This document shows, piece after piece, positions 1 through 9,909 of a DNA stretch of 64,000 nucleotides. Positions within the stretch are counted from its first letter, which is position 1. Each line of letters opens with the position of its first letter. Made by a program: the position numbers and the translations under genes. The notes beneath the pieces are model-generated. The model was not told where the DNA came from, ran no database searches, and worked only from the letters and a program-made list of their open reading frames with translations. Origin of the DNA: Methanomicrobiales archaeon (GTDB lineage Archaea > Halobacteriota > Methanomicrobia > Methanomicrobiales > Methanospirillaceae). The stretch lies in the NCBI GenBank assembly GCA_037137755.1, contig JBAXJR010000003.1, positions 32,001 through 96,000 on the forward strand, given 5' to 3'.

Positions 1-342
1 TAAGTAAAGGGAGTTCCCCGGCTTCCAACCATTTGGAGCGGTCCCGGGTAACGGGATAAAATTGTACGTTACCGATCCATTCGTCAATGAAAATTTCACC
101 GGTAACCCTGAAGCTTTCGATGGGGCTAGTGACACAGTCTCTCCCTGGGAGAGGAATAACTCAACAGCAGAGGCATTCGTGATATTGACAGGGGTAGCCT
201 GGGTGACAATGTAGGGGGTTTTCGGGAGCGGGACTGCCCAGCCGAGAAAAAGAGCCCCTATGATGGCAGCAAGAGCGATTACGAGTATGACAGCGAGGAC
301 TGCGCTGATTATTTCAGATATTCCGCTCTCACTGTGATGCAT
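1..342 (-). CDS. Archaeal type IV pilin-like protein, 5' part only (runs off the window); paralog of the 499..1538 gene
   Basis: Not in the ORF track. ATG at 342 reads MHHSESG/ISEIISAVLAVILVIALAAIIGALFLGWAVPLPKTPYIVTQATPVNITNASAVELFLSQGETVSLAPSKASGLPVKFSLTNGSVTYNF..., a class III signal peptide plus hydrophobic helix, open to position 1. Confidence 0.85.
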   Translation of the reverse strand, partial: MHHSESGISEIISAVLAVILVIALAAIIGALFLGWAVPLPKTPYIVTQATPVNITNASAVELFLSQGETVSLAPSKASGLPVKFSLTNGSVTYNFIPLPGTAPNGWKPGNSLYL

Positions 343-375
343 AAAACGATATTTGGTGCTTATTGCTTAATATGG
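339..375 (-). repeat. Duplicated start/promoter segment (copy 1), identical to 1535-1571
   Basis: gcataaaacgatatttggtgcttattgcttaatatgg occurs at both loci, 1196 bp apart; contains TATA-like TATTAAG about 30 nt upstream of each ATG on the minus strand. Confidence 0.85.
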
Positions 376-498
376 AATGTGTCGTGGTTATTCTTTTAAC
401 AGGGGATACTACGATTGGAATAGACCGATCCCTGCTCAAATTGCGTTATAATGGGATTCCCCCTTACTCGAAACGTTAACTGACGATGAAAAACCCTG

Positions 499-1538
499 TC
501 AGGATATTGGAAGTCCGGCGGCAAACCGTGAAGCCACTTCAGGTGAGCCCATTGCCCTCTCATAGGTATTTAGTCCGCGGATATCCCCGTTAAAAATTCG
601 CGTATTGGCAACCCCTTCAAAAGTAATTCCTCGGGGTCCTCCCCTCTGGACTGGCCCTGTTGATGACCGAAGGCCGGAACTATCTAAATGTTGGGATGCC
701 TCCAGGTGACCATTCACGAAGATTTCCACATCCCCTGGTGTCTGGTTATAGACCCCGGTGACATAGTACCAGGTTCCGGAAACCGGCTGTGTGGTTGAAA
801 ATATCCATGTTCCCCAGCTCCCCTGTGTAACGGTTGCAAAGTCTACTTCAAAGTGCAGATCCAGCCGATCGTGCTCAATTTGGTACTGGCGGTTACTATT
901 CGTGTCCCCATTGATAACGATGGTCGTATAAGTCTGGTTTTCCAGATTAGTTGGGATTGGATCCGAAATATCTGGTTTGTTTATCCACTTTACCCATGCC
1001 TCGACAGTAAACCCCGGGTACACCGGGTAAGGTGCAGGTGTTAAACCGCCGGTAAGAGCTATTGTATGCTGAGCGATGAGGATTTTTGAGGTCGCATCAA
1101 TAATGCTCACCTTCCAGGTGCCATTTGAAAAACCGGTATTGTTCTTGACCAATGACGGGGAATCTGTGACCCATGACCCTGTTGCATTCCTGAATAAGAA
1201 GAGGGAGTTCCCGGGCTTCCAGCCATTCAGTGCAGCCCCTGGTAACGGGACAAAATTGTAGGTAACCGATCCGTTTTCGTCAATGAAAACTTTACCGGTG
1301 ACCCTGATGCCGTGGCAGGTGCGAGCGAAACCGTCTCTCCCTGCTCGAGGAATAACTGAACAGCGGAGGCGTCCGTGATGTTGATCGGTGTTGCCTGGGT
1401 GGCAATATAGGGGGTTTTCGGGAGCGGGACTACACATCCGAGAAAAATAGCCCCGATGATGGCAGCAAGAGCGATGACGAGTATGACAGCAAGGACTGCG
1501 CTGATAATCTCCGATACTCCGCTCTCACTGTTGTGCAT
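499..1538 (-). pseudogene. Type IV pilin with C-terminal LamG/ConA-like domain, split by a 2-nt frameshift at 1274-1277
   Basis: ORF 1227..1538 carries the class III signal (SESG/VSEIISAV) and ORF 499..1437 carries the rest. The intact paralog reads ACG AAT GGA TCG, this copy ACG AAAAC GGA TCG. C-terminus FTVEAWVKW...WYYVTGVYN...IFVNG...FNGDI is LamG-like. Confidence 0.85.
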
Positions 1539-1571
1539 AAAACGATATTTGGTGCTTATTGCTTAATATGG
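1535..1571 (-). repeat. Duplicated start/promoter segment (copy 2)
   Basis: Exact match to 339-375. Confidence 0.85.
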
Positions 1572-1708
1572 GATGTAAGGATGAGGTTCTTTTTATTGCG
1601 AAACCTAGAGATTGCAACAACGGTTTGTGTCTGAAATTACGCTACGTTAGCTGAATCAGTACTGCCAAAAGTGCTTTATCAGAAGTGGACATTTTTCTGA
1701 ATCTGGTA

Positions 1709-3520
1709 TTACGTGGGGTGATCTTGGATGTTATAATGGGTTTGTATCTCGGCCTGAGTCTTTACGTAATCAAAGGTCTGAACTCCGTATATGGATCCGT
1801 TGAAAACACGTTGCTGTTGAGAAGGAGGGGGATTTGGCCAATTGATGCCCGACGGTCCTCCAATCTGTTGGTTACCTGAATAAGCCCTTAGACCTGAACT
1901 GTCAACGGATCTCGAGCTCTGTGGAGAATTGTTTACGTAAATTGTCATAGTTCCAGGTGACGTGGGGTTGTATACCCCTGTAATAAGATACCATACTCCT
2001 TTGATTGGGTTTGTGGTGGAAAATACCTGAATTCCTTGACCCCCCGCCAATACTGTTGCAATGTTAAATTCAAATTTAGTATTGTCCTGGTCGTGTTCAA
2101 GATGGTACTGGCGATTAAAGTTCGAATTGCCCTTCACAACAATAGTCGCAAAGGTCTGGTTATCTAAAGGTGTAGAGGGTTTGTTTATCCATTTTACCCA
2201 TGCCCAAATTGTGAACCCTGTACATCGATTACCAAAATCTATGTTATTTGCATAACAAGGAGATGTATCTTTGAGATGAACATTCCTCCAAACACCTCCA
2301 CTTGGATATGTTTGTATCCATCCTGATTGAGAGATTTCTTCAATATCATATTTGGTATCAACATCAGGTCCCGTATAAATGAGTCCGGTTATAATATAGT
2401 CCCCATTCACATTTGTAATGGCAGATCCGGCGATGGAATTATTGCTTGTCCATCGAACATTTATCCGCCAGTCAGCCAGCCCCGGCTCATTCACATCTCT
2501 ACTCCCATCACCATCAATGTCATTCCATTTCGTTCCTGATATATATCCGCAGGATGGTAGGGAAACTGTGATTTGTTTTATAATTGAATTTGAGTTACAC
2601 GCATTTGATACGGTAAGATTGACATTATAGGTTCCGGGACTCACAAAGGTATATGAGGGACTTTGTAGTGAAGATGTTCCATTATCCCCGAAATTCCAGC
2701 TCCTGCTTGTTGGACTGCCGGTTGATTGGTCTGTGAATTTGACAGTTAAAGGGGCGGTACCTGAGGATATATTGGGATTGAATGCTGCTGATGGTTTTGT
2801 GCAGACGGCATTTACAGTAATATAATTCGGTTCGATTTTCGAATTTGAACAACCTGCATTCGAGGCAGTAAGTCGGATATTATAGACACCTGGTAATGTG
2901 AAGACTTGTCTCGGGGATTGGGCCGTGCTAAACTGGGTCCAACTGCCACCTCCTGTTTGGTTTTCCCAGATCCACGAGCTAGGATTATTGGTTGAAGTGT
3001 CAGTAAACTGGACCGTGAGTGGTTGGTCTCCTGTAAGTGGTACCCCATAAAAATTAGCAACAGGGGGTGAACATGGAATCGTAAAAGGAATTGGTCCGAC
3101 TGATCTCTGGCCGAGTAATGTCGGAGAATTAGTCCCAGTATAATATACACTTATTAATCCCGGTGGATTTGTAGAATTTACAGTGATTATCCGTCCAATT
3201 GACCATTTTTTATCTGGATTTGAATTAACCGTGAAATCTGTTATATTCTTTCCATCAATAAATACCGCATAATTTCCATCTGATATTTCATCTCCTCCGA
3301 TATGGGTGATACTTATTGAATAGGAGGGTACGCCATTGACCAGATTGGTAGTATTAACAACCGAAAACTTTACCTGTGGGACTTTGTCTGCTGATGGACT
3401 TGATATTAGTCCTGCTGCAATAACGGCTACAACAAGAACGATCATTGAAATTAGGATTAACGCACCAATTAATTCCGACACGCCTAATTCCGATATATGG
3501 CAATTTTTCTTATCCTTCAT
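1709..3520 (-). CDS. Large type IV pilin-like adhesin: pilin domain, 2 PKD, SdrD-B-like and LamG-like domains
   Basis: SELG/VSELIGAL class III signal; two PLTV.FTD.S....SW.W PKD units (WNFGDN); ISGTKWNDIDGDG..D..EPGL SdrD-B-like motif; LamG-like C-terminus. Confidence 0.85.
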   Translation of the reverse strand: MKDKKNCHISELGVSELIGALILISMIVLVVAVIAAGLISSPSADKVPQVKFSVVNTTNLVNGVPSYSISITHIGGDEISDGNYAVFIDGKNITDFTVNSNPDKKWSIGRIITVNSTNPPGLISVYYTGTNSPTLLGQRSVGPIPFTIPCSPPVANFYGVPLTGDQPLTVQFTDTSTNNPSSWIWENQTGGGSWTQFSTAQSPRQVFTLPGVYNIRLTASNAGCSNSKIEPNYITVNAVCTKPSAAFNPNISSGTAPLTVKFTDQSTGSPTSRSWNFGDNGTSSLQSPSYTFVSPGTYNVNLTVSNACNSNSIIKQITVSLPSCGYISGTKWNDIDGDGSRDVNEPGLADWRINVRWTSNNSIAGSAITNVNGDYIITGLIYTGPDVDTKYDIEEISQSGWIQTYPSGGVWRNVHLKDTSPCYANNIDFGNRCTGFTIWAWVKWINKPSTPLDNQTFATIVVKGNSNFNRQYHLEHDQDNTKFEFNIATVLAGGQGIQVFSTTNPIKGVWYLITGVYNPTSPGTMTIYVNNSPQSSRSVDSSGLRAYSGNQQIGGPSGINWPNPPPSQQQRVFNGSIYGVQTFDYVKTQAEIQTHYNIQDHPT

Positions 3521-3689
3521 TTCCCCTCATTTCATGATCGTGTTAGATTTCAGCGTAATTGATTATGGCTTGAAATAATCGTCACTGTTGTAACCCTTTA
3601 TGAGTAAAAGATAAAAAGCTATTTTTGGTGATGAATGTTCGTAATCTTATTTTTGATTGATTACAGCTTTTCCTTTTCAAAAAATACCA

Positions 3690-4118
3690 TTACACAAAAT
3701 TCGTCTTGGCCAGTAGAATTTTATTGGAAGGTCCATTATAGTATAATTCGACAACTTTAAGTGAAGGCTGATAATAAATAACAATGGTAGGGTTTTCGAA
3801 AGACCAATCTTCTTTTGTTTCTATTAATAATCCTCCCGCAGAATTATGATAGTATAAGGGAGGTACTGGATTTCCGTCAATTATTACTTGAAATTCCCCC
3901 CATTTTAGTGTATCTCCCCCCATATGAGTTATCGTAACATTATTCGATGCATTGGAAATAGATACACTTAATTCCGGTATTTTTTCTGGGCGAGGCTGGG
4001 AAATTATAACAGTGGTTACAACCATCATAAGCATTACAACAAGTGATACGAGAAGAATTGCGCCTATTAGTTCCGATACACCAGATTCTAATTCAATTTC
4101 ATCTTTTTTGATTTTCAT
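3690..4118 (-). CDS. Small archaeal type IV pilin (Pilin_N/DUF1628 type)
   Basis: LESG/VSELIGAILLVSLVV signal, ITHMGGDTL pilin motif, 142 aa. Confidence 0.85.
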   Translation of the reverse strand: MKIKKDEIELESGVSELIGAILLVSLVVMLMMVVTTVIISQPRPEKIPELSVSISNASNNVTITHMGGDTLKWGEFQVIIDGNPVPPLYYHNSAGGLLIETKEDWSFENPTIVIYYQPSLKVVELYYNGPSNKILLAKTNFV

Positions 4119-4167
4119 TATTTATTCCAGTCGTCTATTTCATCAATTTTGTAAATTCATTGTAATA

Positions 4168-5499
4168 TTAATTAAACTGGTAAGATGTTGGAGAGAGTGA
4201 TACAGTCGCGACACTACTTTGGACGTCTAATATTATATCATACCCAGAATTATCATTTATGTTCATTGTCACTATATTTCCATTCCGTGGTAGAACAGTA
4301 ATTCTATCCTTAGCATCACTATCTTGTCTTATCTTCAAAAATGTATTAAACCACATCTTTGCTACCGCATCATCATTCGAGCGGTCATCTGTCGTAATAA
4401 TAATTGTGACCGATTTCGCGTTAGGAGCTCCTGATGTTTGAGGATTGACGAGGTTATTCAAATTCACAGTTGGTTTTTGTAAATAGGTCAGCACCTCAAC
4501 CAGAGAAGAACCGCCAATAATAGAAGGTGCTGTTTTACTGATTGTGATGTTATTAATAGTTACTCGCGTTAAACTTTGGTTTGTTAGATCTTTCTTAATT
4601 GTAATAGAAGGAACTAATTTTACAACTGCCCCTGTATCCTGTTGTAAGAATACACCCCCATACTGGTAAATATAATTTTGAGTGATCCAGTAATTATTGT
4701 TAGAGTGATACTCAAGGGATCCCATTTTCGATGTCGGTACAATCACCCCTGTTTTTTGGAGATATCCTGTGGGCATATTTGTTACGGTATTATCATTGGG
4801 TTGGAAAGATAAGCTAAAAGGGTAGACAAATGACTCCTTTATGCCATAAGCACTGTTTGTCAGATCTACTTGGTAATATTGATTAGGAGCAATAGAATAT
4901 TGAATAGTCAGATTGTTTACAGTTATAATATTATTTTTCAATATTGTTATTGTTAGTGCGGTTGATGGTCCTGGTATGGTTTTTAATTGAGCTTTCCAAA
5001 TGCCATTTGTCGGTGTGATATTTACAGAAACCGGATTAGAAATATTATTACTCGTCAGAAAATTTACGAAAAGATGGTTTGGTTCAATTTGCACTAATGG
5101 TGATGGAGTGTAACTTGGTGATCCAGTTTCATCATATAGTGCATCAGCAGTCACATTTATTGAATCCCTGTCCGTAACAACCATCGTGCCCCCTGACGTT
5201 ACAGGCTGGAAGAGTGGCATATTTACAAACGAGCCCTGTGAAGAGCCGGGATTTGTCCCGAGCGTAAACGGGGAACTGACCTGGGTATTGTATTGGCCAT
5301 TAATCCAGAGCGAGTCTACCGTGGATTTATAGTCGAGGAACTGGTTCTGGACGACGTCCATGTGCGCAATTTCAAGGTCCCTTCCCGTTGCAGGTACCAC
5401 GTAGGTGAGGTACAACGATGCTATTATCGCTATCAATGCAATAATCAGCACAAAGCCGATTACTTCCGAAATCGCGTCATCTCGCCGGGAATCCACCAT
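4168..5499 (-). CDS. Type IV pilin-like protein, 443 aa (minor pilin)
   Basis: DDA/ISEVIGFVLIIALIA class III signal, E..H...V...F helix, G.L.Y.SNNNYW..Q.Y.YQ.GGVFL.Q block typical of methanogen minor pilins. Confidence 0.8.
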   Translation of the reverse strand: MVDSRRDDAISEVIGFVLIIALIAIIASLYLTYVVPATGRDLEIAHMDVVQNQFLDYKSTVDSLWINGQYNTQVSSPFTLGTNPGSSQGSFVNMPLFQPVTSGGTMVVTDRDSINVTADALYDETGSPSYTPSPLVQIEPNHLFVNFLTSNNISNPVSVNITPTNGIWKAQLKTIPGPSTALTITILKNNIITVNNLTIQYSIAPNQYYQVDLTNSAYGIKESFVYPFSLSFQPNDNTVTNMPTGYLQKTGVIVPTSKMGSLEYHSNNNYWITQNYIYQYGGVFLQQDTGAVVKLVPSITIKKDLTNQSLTRVTINNITISKTAPSIIGGSSLVEVLTYLQKPTVNLNNLVNPQTSGAPNAKSVTIIITTDDRSNDDAVAKMWFNTFLKIRQDSDAKDRITVLPRNGNIVTMNINDNSGYDIILDVQSSVATVSLSPTSYQFN

Positions 5500-5784
5500 G
5501 ATCTATTTTAACATTCTGATTTATTCTTAATAAAAGATTCCTATCGTCCCATTTAGCAGGGAAATCAATTCCTCCCAAACAGCATTATCCGATTACCGGC
5601 ATGGTTCTCTTGTGGAGAAATTGGATTTTTTAATTCCACAAATCGTCCAGAAAAATCGGAAGTATGATTTCCTGCTATCCTGGAGGAAAACCGGGTCATT
5701 ATGGTATCTGTAACGAGCCGAATGCTTAATGGTAAGGTATCCACTATAGTGCAACGTCGTATTCATTTTAAGCGGGGTTTCTTC

Positions 5785-6258
5785 ATGAAAATAACCGTAA
5801 AGGGGTTAATATTAGTTTTAATCCTTCTATCTGGTAATCTTATTTTCGGCTGTATGGGTTTAAGTACAGATGATCAATTCAAACATGAGTGGCAAAACTC
5901 TGAATCCAGTATCAGTAAAGAACTCGATCAGGTTCAGATGGCTATTGCTCACGGCGATAAAGCAATTGATTACAATGCGTTATCGTACCATAGCGGGGAA
6001 ATTGTAAAAATTACTGATAAAGAATCAGCGATAATTTCTGATATCCCTGTGAGTGATAAGTATTCTGAAGCAAAAAGGGAGTATCTCTCCGCATTAACTG
6101 ATTTACGATCCGGGTATGTTCAAATCTTCATCATATCCGACAGCGAGGATAAAGAAATGTTAGTGGATTTGATCTCATCAGGTCCTTACCTGAAGAATTA
6201 TATCGAAAAGCGGGACAGGGTCAAGACAATTATTGAACTGGCCGAAAAGAATCAATGA
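5785..6258 (+). CDS. Hypothetical secreted or lipoprotein, mainly helical
   Basis: Preferred ATG at 5785 gives MKITVKGLILVLILLSGNLIFGC, a signal peptide with a lipobox-like Cys. Confidence 0.6.
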   Translation: MKITVKGLILVLILLSGNLIFGCMGLSTDDQFKHEWQNSESSISKELDQVQMAIAHGDKAIDYNALSYHSGEIVKITDKESAIISDIPVSDKYSEAKREYLSALTDLRSGYVQIFIISDSEDKEMLVDLISSGPYLKNYIEKRDRVKTIIELAEKNQ

Positions 6259-6614
6259 AAAAGATCTGGTGTGGTGTATCCTGGTCCCGGTAACCGGTAC
6301 TTCTGATGATCATATTGTTTTGTCACATAAGCAGCGGCACCGAGGTTTGGCTCTGGATGATCCATCTGGAAAAGAATGGCAGACTACGGAAACAAGCTGA
6401 AGGAAATGGAAAGTTTCCCGCGTGGATCAAATTCCATGGGGGAGCCCCTGATTCAGAAATTACTGGTACTAATACACTTAATTGTACTGATGATAGTCTA
6501 TACTACGGAAAATTAGATCTCACGTACAATTTCAAATGCATGAGTGACACAGGCCCGGCCACTCACTGTGAAGTTCCAGAATTCCGTACGAAAAATCCGG
6601 AAGTCTTAAAATAG
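6255..6614 (+). pseudogene. Possible degraded paralog of the 5785..6258 gene
   Basis: ATG overlaps the upstream stop; a shifted frame reads GLALDDPSGKEWQTTETS versus GLSTDDQFKHEWQNSESS upstream; several frame breaks. Confidence 0.35.
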
Positions 6615-6850
6615 TCCCTGATTAGTCAATGCAGGTATGGAACCCCTTGAATATCCTTATGGAACTTTCCGTACGATGTACGGGAACTAGGTGGTTTTTA
6701 GCTGGGGGTGACACGTTCCAGGGAATTTAGTATATCCTATTCTTTCGCACAGGTCTTGATCGGAGCAGGAATGAAAAAGGATTTCGATACCAGTTCTACC
6801 TGGGACATGCTGTTCATCTCAACGATAAGCAGTTTTTGAAAAAAAGAAAA

Positions 6851-8437
6851 TCATTTAAATTCTACATTAAATGTACGATCGGTAACGACATTAATGACTG
6901 TGGCGTTAACAATAACGCCATCCCCTGCTGCTGGATATACCTTTGCGTCGGTGTCAATTTGGTACCAATAAACTTGTTTGTTCGAGTTCGGTTTCAAGTA
7001 GAATGTCTGGCTGTTGCCATAAATGACGTTGACCGCCCATGAATTGCCCAGAGGTGAAGCCATAAGGCTGTCTGCATAAACATCACCTAATCCTTGACCC
7101 CCACTTTTGCTTCCACTAATAGTAAGTGGTGAGACATAGGTGTATGTCGTGGATGCAGTACCGCCGAGTGTAGTAACAACAACGTTTACCATCCCAATTG
7201 CATGGGCGGGCGTTATCGCAGTTATCGTAGTATCGCTAACGACAGAGAAACTGATTGCATTTGTGCCGCCAAAGGTTAATGCAGTAGTGCCGGTAAAGCC
7301 AGTCCCACTGATCGTTACAGCTTGGCCGCCCGCTGTCGGGCCCGAATTTGGTGAGATGCTTGTTAACGTAGGGGTTGTTGTAAAGGTATATATGTCAGCA
7401 GACGAAGTGGCGGATGTGCCGCTGGGTGTAGTGACTGTGATATCAATGGTTCCGGCAACATGGGCCGGGGCGGTCGCAGTGATCTGTGTGGCGCTATTAA
7501 CCGTGAACGAGGTTGCGGCTGTGCCACCAAAGGATACTGCAGTTGCACCGGTAAAGCCAGTCCCTGTGATAATTACCGGTGTGCCGCCTGTTATTGATCC
7601 GGAAGTAGGAGAGACGCTGGTTACCACCGGTGCTGCAATGTAGGTAAATACACCTGTCCCGGTTGCAGTACCATTAAGCGTAGTGATGACAACGTTAACG
7701 GTTCCGAGTGCATGGGGAGGTGTTGTCGCAGTGATCGAAGTACCACTGACAACCGTGACACTGGTAGCAGATGTGCCACCAAAGGTTACTGAAGTCGCTC
7801 CGAAAAGATTCGTCCCGGTTATGGTTACAGGTGTTCCGCCCGATATCGGTCCTGAAGCAGGGGTGATGCCTGTGAATGTCGGAGCAGGAGATATTGTTGT
7901 TGTAGGTGTCGGTTCGGCCACACCTACGCCGGTATTCTTCGTATAAATGAGCACATCGTCAGTCTTGTCAACCACATCGAACCTCCATACCCCGACAGGT
8001 AGTCCCGTGCCTTTCCGGGCGGTTGTTTCATTTTTTGTGACCCCTAGGAGACCTGATTTATTGTACACAAACAGGGTATCCCCCGGTTTCCAGGTCTCCG
8101 GGCCATCGGCCGGGTCCGGGAAGGGAATAACAGTGGCGCCTGAAGGGGTCGTGAACTGGAAATCCACCGGCATCCCGTTATTGGTAGCTAAGGTGTGGTT
8201 CAGGTAGGCCGCATCACCGTTCATGTGGGACACTGAAAGGTACCAGTTGTCAGGCGAGACATTTTTTGCCTCGGTCTGGACAGCGATATAAGCAGATTTT
8301 GGATAAAAGATTGCAAGGCCGAACACGATACTGGCGACAATGGCGGAAACGGCGATTACCAGGATCACCATCAGGATAACGCTGACCGTTTCATCAAGTC
8401 CTCGATCATTCAAACAGCGGAATGCAGGGCGCTTCAT
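6851..8437 (-). CDS. Type IV pilin-like adhesin: pilin domain, 3 IPT/TIG repeats and a divergent InlB B-repeat-like C-terminus
   Basis: DRG/LDETVSVILMVILV signal; three P....P.SG...GG..V.I.GT.F.G.T.V.FGG repeats; V.YG.SQTF...PN tail. Confidence 0.85.
   Translation of the reverse strand: MKRPAFRCLNDRGLDETVSVILMVILVIAVSAIVASIVFGLAIFYPKSAYIAVQTEAKNVSPDNWYLSVSHMNGDAAYLNHTLATNNGMPVDFQFTTPSGATVIPFPDPADGPETWKPGDTLFVYNKSGLLGVTKNETTARKGTGLPVGVWRFDVVDKTDDVLIYTKNTGVGVAEPTPTTTISPAPTFTGITPASGPISGGTPVTITGTNLFGATSVTFGGTSATSVTVVSGTSITATTPPHALGTVNVVITTLNGTATGTGVFTYIAAPVVTSVSPTSGSITGGTPVIITGTGFTGATAVSFGGTAATSFTVNSATQITATAPAHVAGTIDITVTTPSGTSATSSADIYTFTTTPTLTSISPNSGPTAGGQAVTISGTGFTGTTALTFGGTNAISFSVVSDTTITAITPAHAIGMVNVVVTTLGGTASTTYTYVSPLTISGSKSGGQGLGDVYADSLMASPLGNSWAVNVIYGNSQTFYLKPNSNKQVYWYQIDTDAKVYPAAGDGVIVNATVINVVTDRTFNVEFK
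7130..7890 (-). repeat. Three tandem coding repeats of about 250 bp (IPT/TIG units)
   Basis: Protein-level repeats; the DNA block ccggtaaagccagtccc recurs near 7290 and 7548. Confidence 0.8.
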
Positions 8438-8780
8438 ATCTCAAGACAGTAGTAGCACTTGCAGCGTATATAAACCAGATCTTTAAAAAAGTTGTATGGT
8501 GCTACCGGGTGGCATCAGGGGGATGCTACAAATAGTCGTGCGGAAGTCTTTCCTTCATTCCCAACCCAACAATGTCTATTTACCTGGGATTTCCCGAAAA
8601 TTATTCGATTCCATGTAACCAAAATAATTACCAACAATAATTATTTACCATTTTAATCGTATTACCTAATACTTTATTATCCATTATCCTATACTATCTC
8701 ATACGCAGGATCGGAGGAATGAAAATACGTTCGGTATTTTCATAGTTGATGGCCGAAAACCGGTAGCAACGGGTGAAGAT

Positions 8781-9086
8781 ATGAAACAGAAAAGATTACG
8801 ATCGGGAAAGACCGGGAATTACACCAGCGTGCATGAACCGGGTACAGAATACCTGCCCCGGTCCGGCCCGGTTATCGTTGTGGATGCAACAGGCCGGATG
8901 GTGCTTCCCAAAAAAATACGGGACCGTTTTAACGCGAAACGATTTGAGGTACTGGAAAAGGAGGGGCATATCGAGTTGATCCCTATCAAACCGCTGGACA
9001 CACTATTTGGGATATTACCTGGAATCGATATAGAAAAATTGTACCTGGAACACGATCGGGAATGTGAAGAGGAGGACAAAGGGTGA
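8781..9086 (+). CDS. AbrB/MazE/SpoVT-family antitoxin (VapB-like)
   Basis: VDATGRMVLPKKIRDRF...IELIPI AbrB motif; GTGA overlap with the downstream PIN gene. Confidence 0.85.
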   Translation: MKQKRLRSGKTGNYTSVHEPGTEYLPRSGPVIVVDATGRMVLPKKIRDRFNAKRFEVLEKEGHIELIPIKPLDTLFGILPGIDIEKLYLEHDRECEEEDKG

Positions 9087-9478
9087 CCAACTCCGGAATC
9101 CTTGTTGATACCTGGGCCTGGCTTGAGATGATGGGTGGGTCCCCAAGGGGAGACCGTGCACGTGACATCATTCTCAACAGTTCACCTGTCTCTCTATCTG
9201 TCCTGACGCTCTATGAACTCCGGTACCGCCTGGAACAGATTAAAAACCGTGAGTTTGCAATAATGGTTATTAAACAGATAACCGATCAGGCAGAAGTTAT
9301 ACCCATAGATGATCAGATTGGACTCCTTGGCGGTACCATAAAGATTCAACAAATCTCAGAGAAAAAAACAATGGGCGCAGTTGATTGCCTGATCCTTGCA
9401 ACAGCCCGTGTCCATAACCAGCAAATCCTTACTGGTGATAAACATTTTGCGGGTATTCCGGAGGCTATTTGTTTATGA
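9083..9478 (+). CDS. vapC: PIN-domain ribonuclease toxin
   Basis: LVDTWAW, TLYEL, GAVDCLILATA, ILTGDKHF acidic tetrad motifs. Confidence 0.9.
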   Translation: MTNSGILVDTWAWLEMMGGSPRGDRARDIILNSSPVSLSVLTLYELRYRLEQIKNREFAIMVIKQITDQAEVIPIDDQIGLLGGTIKIQQISEKKTMGAVDCLILATARVHNQQILTGDKHFAGIPEAICL

Positions 9479-9555
9479 ACGTTAAATCCTGAAAATATAG
9501 CCCAGGTTACTATCTCTCCCTGGAGGTAGCCGATAACAATAATTCAGGGGATATT

Positions 9556-9909
9556 TTATTGAAAACTGTCCGGTTTCATCGTATCAAGGAGGGCACGGAT
9601 CTGCGGTTCGAGTTCTGGTAATTTGTGTTGTATAACATCCCAGACAATATCATAATTGATGGAAAAGTATCCATGAATGATTTTATCGCGAAGCCCGGCC
9701 ATGAATTTCCAGGGGATATGGGGTGACTCACCTTTAACTATATCCGGAACATTTTTTGAAGCTTCGCCAATAATCTCCAATGAACGGGTTATCGCATGCT
9801 CCATCGTTCTGTCTGTAGTGAGTTCTTCAAACGTAATGGTATCACGAATGGACCGGAGATATTCGATCTCGTCAAGGATGTGTTGGATATACACCCATTC
9901 ATCCTTCAA
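9556..9909 (-). CDS. HEPN (DUF86/HepT-like) ribonuclease toxin
   Basis: RSLEIIGEASKNVP...IPWK.MAGLRDKIIHGY with the RX4HXY motif. Confidence 0.92.
   Translation of the reverse strand: MKDEWVYIQHILDEIEYLRSIRDTITFEELTTDRTMEHAITRSLEIIGEASKNVPDIVKGESPHIPWKFMAGLRDKIIHGYFSINYDIVWDVIQHKLPELEPQIRALLDTMKPDSFQ

Noticed and set aside
1278-1437. N-terminus of ORF 499..1437 (MCSPAPENPLY...) as a real start
   Set aside because: It is the out-of-frame reading of the pilin 5' end upstream of the frameshift
7140-8207. Plus-strand V/T/P-rich ORFs, and similar antisense ORFs throughout the window
   Set aside because: Shadows of well-supported genes on the opposite strand, with no motifs of their own
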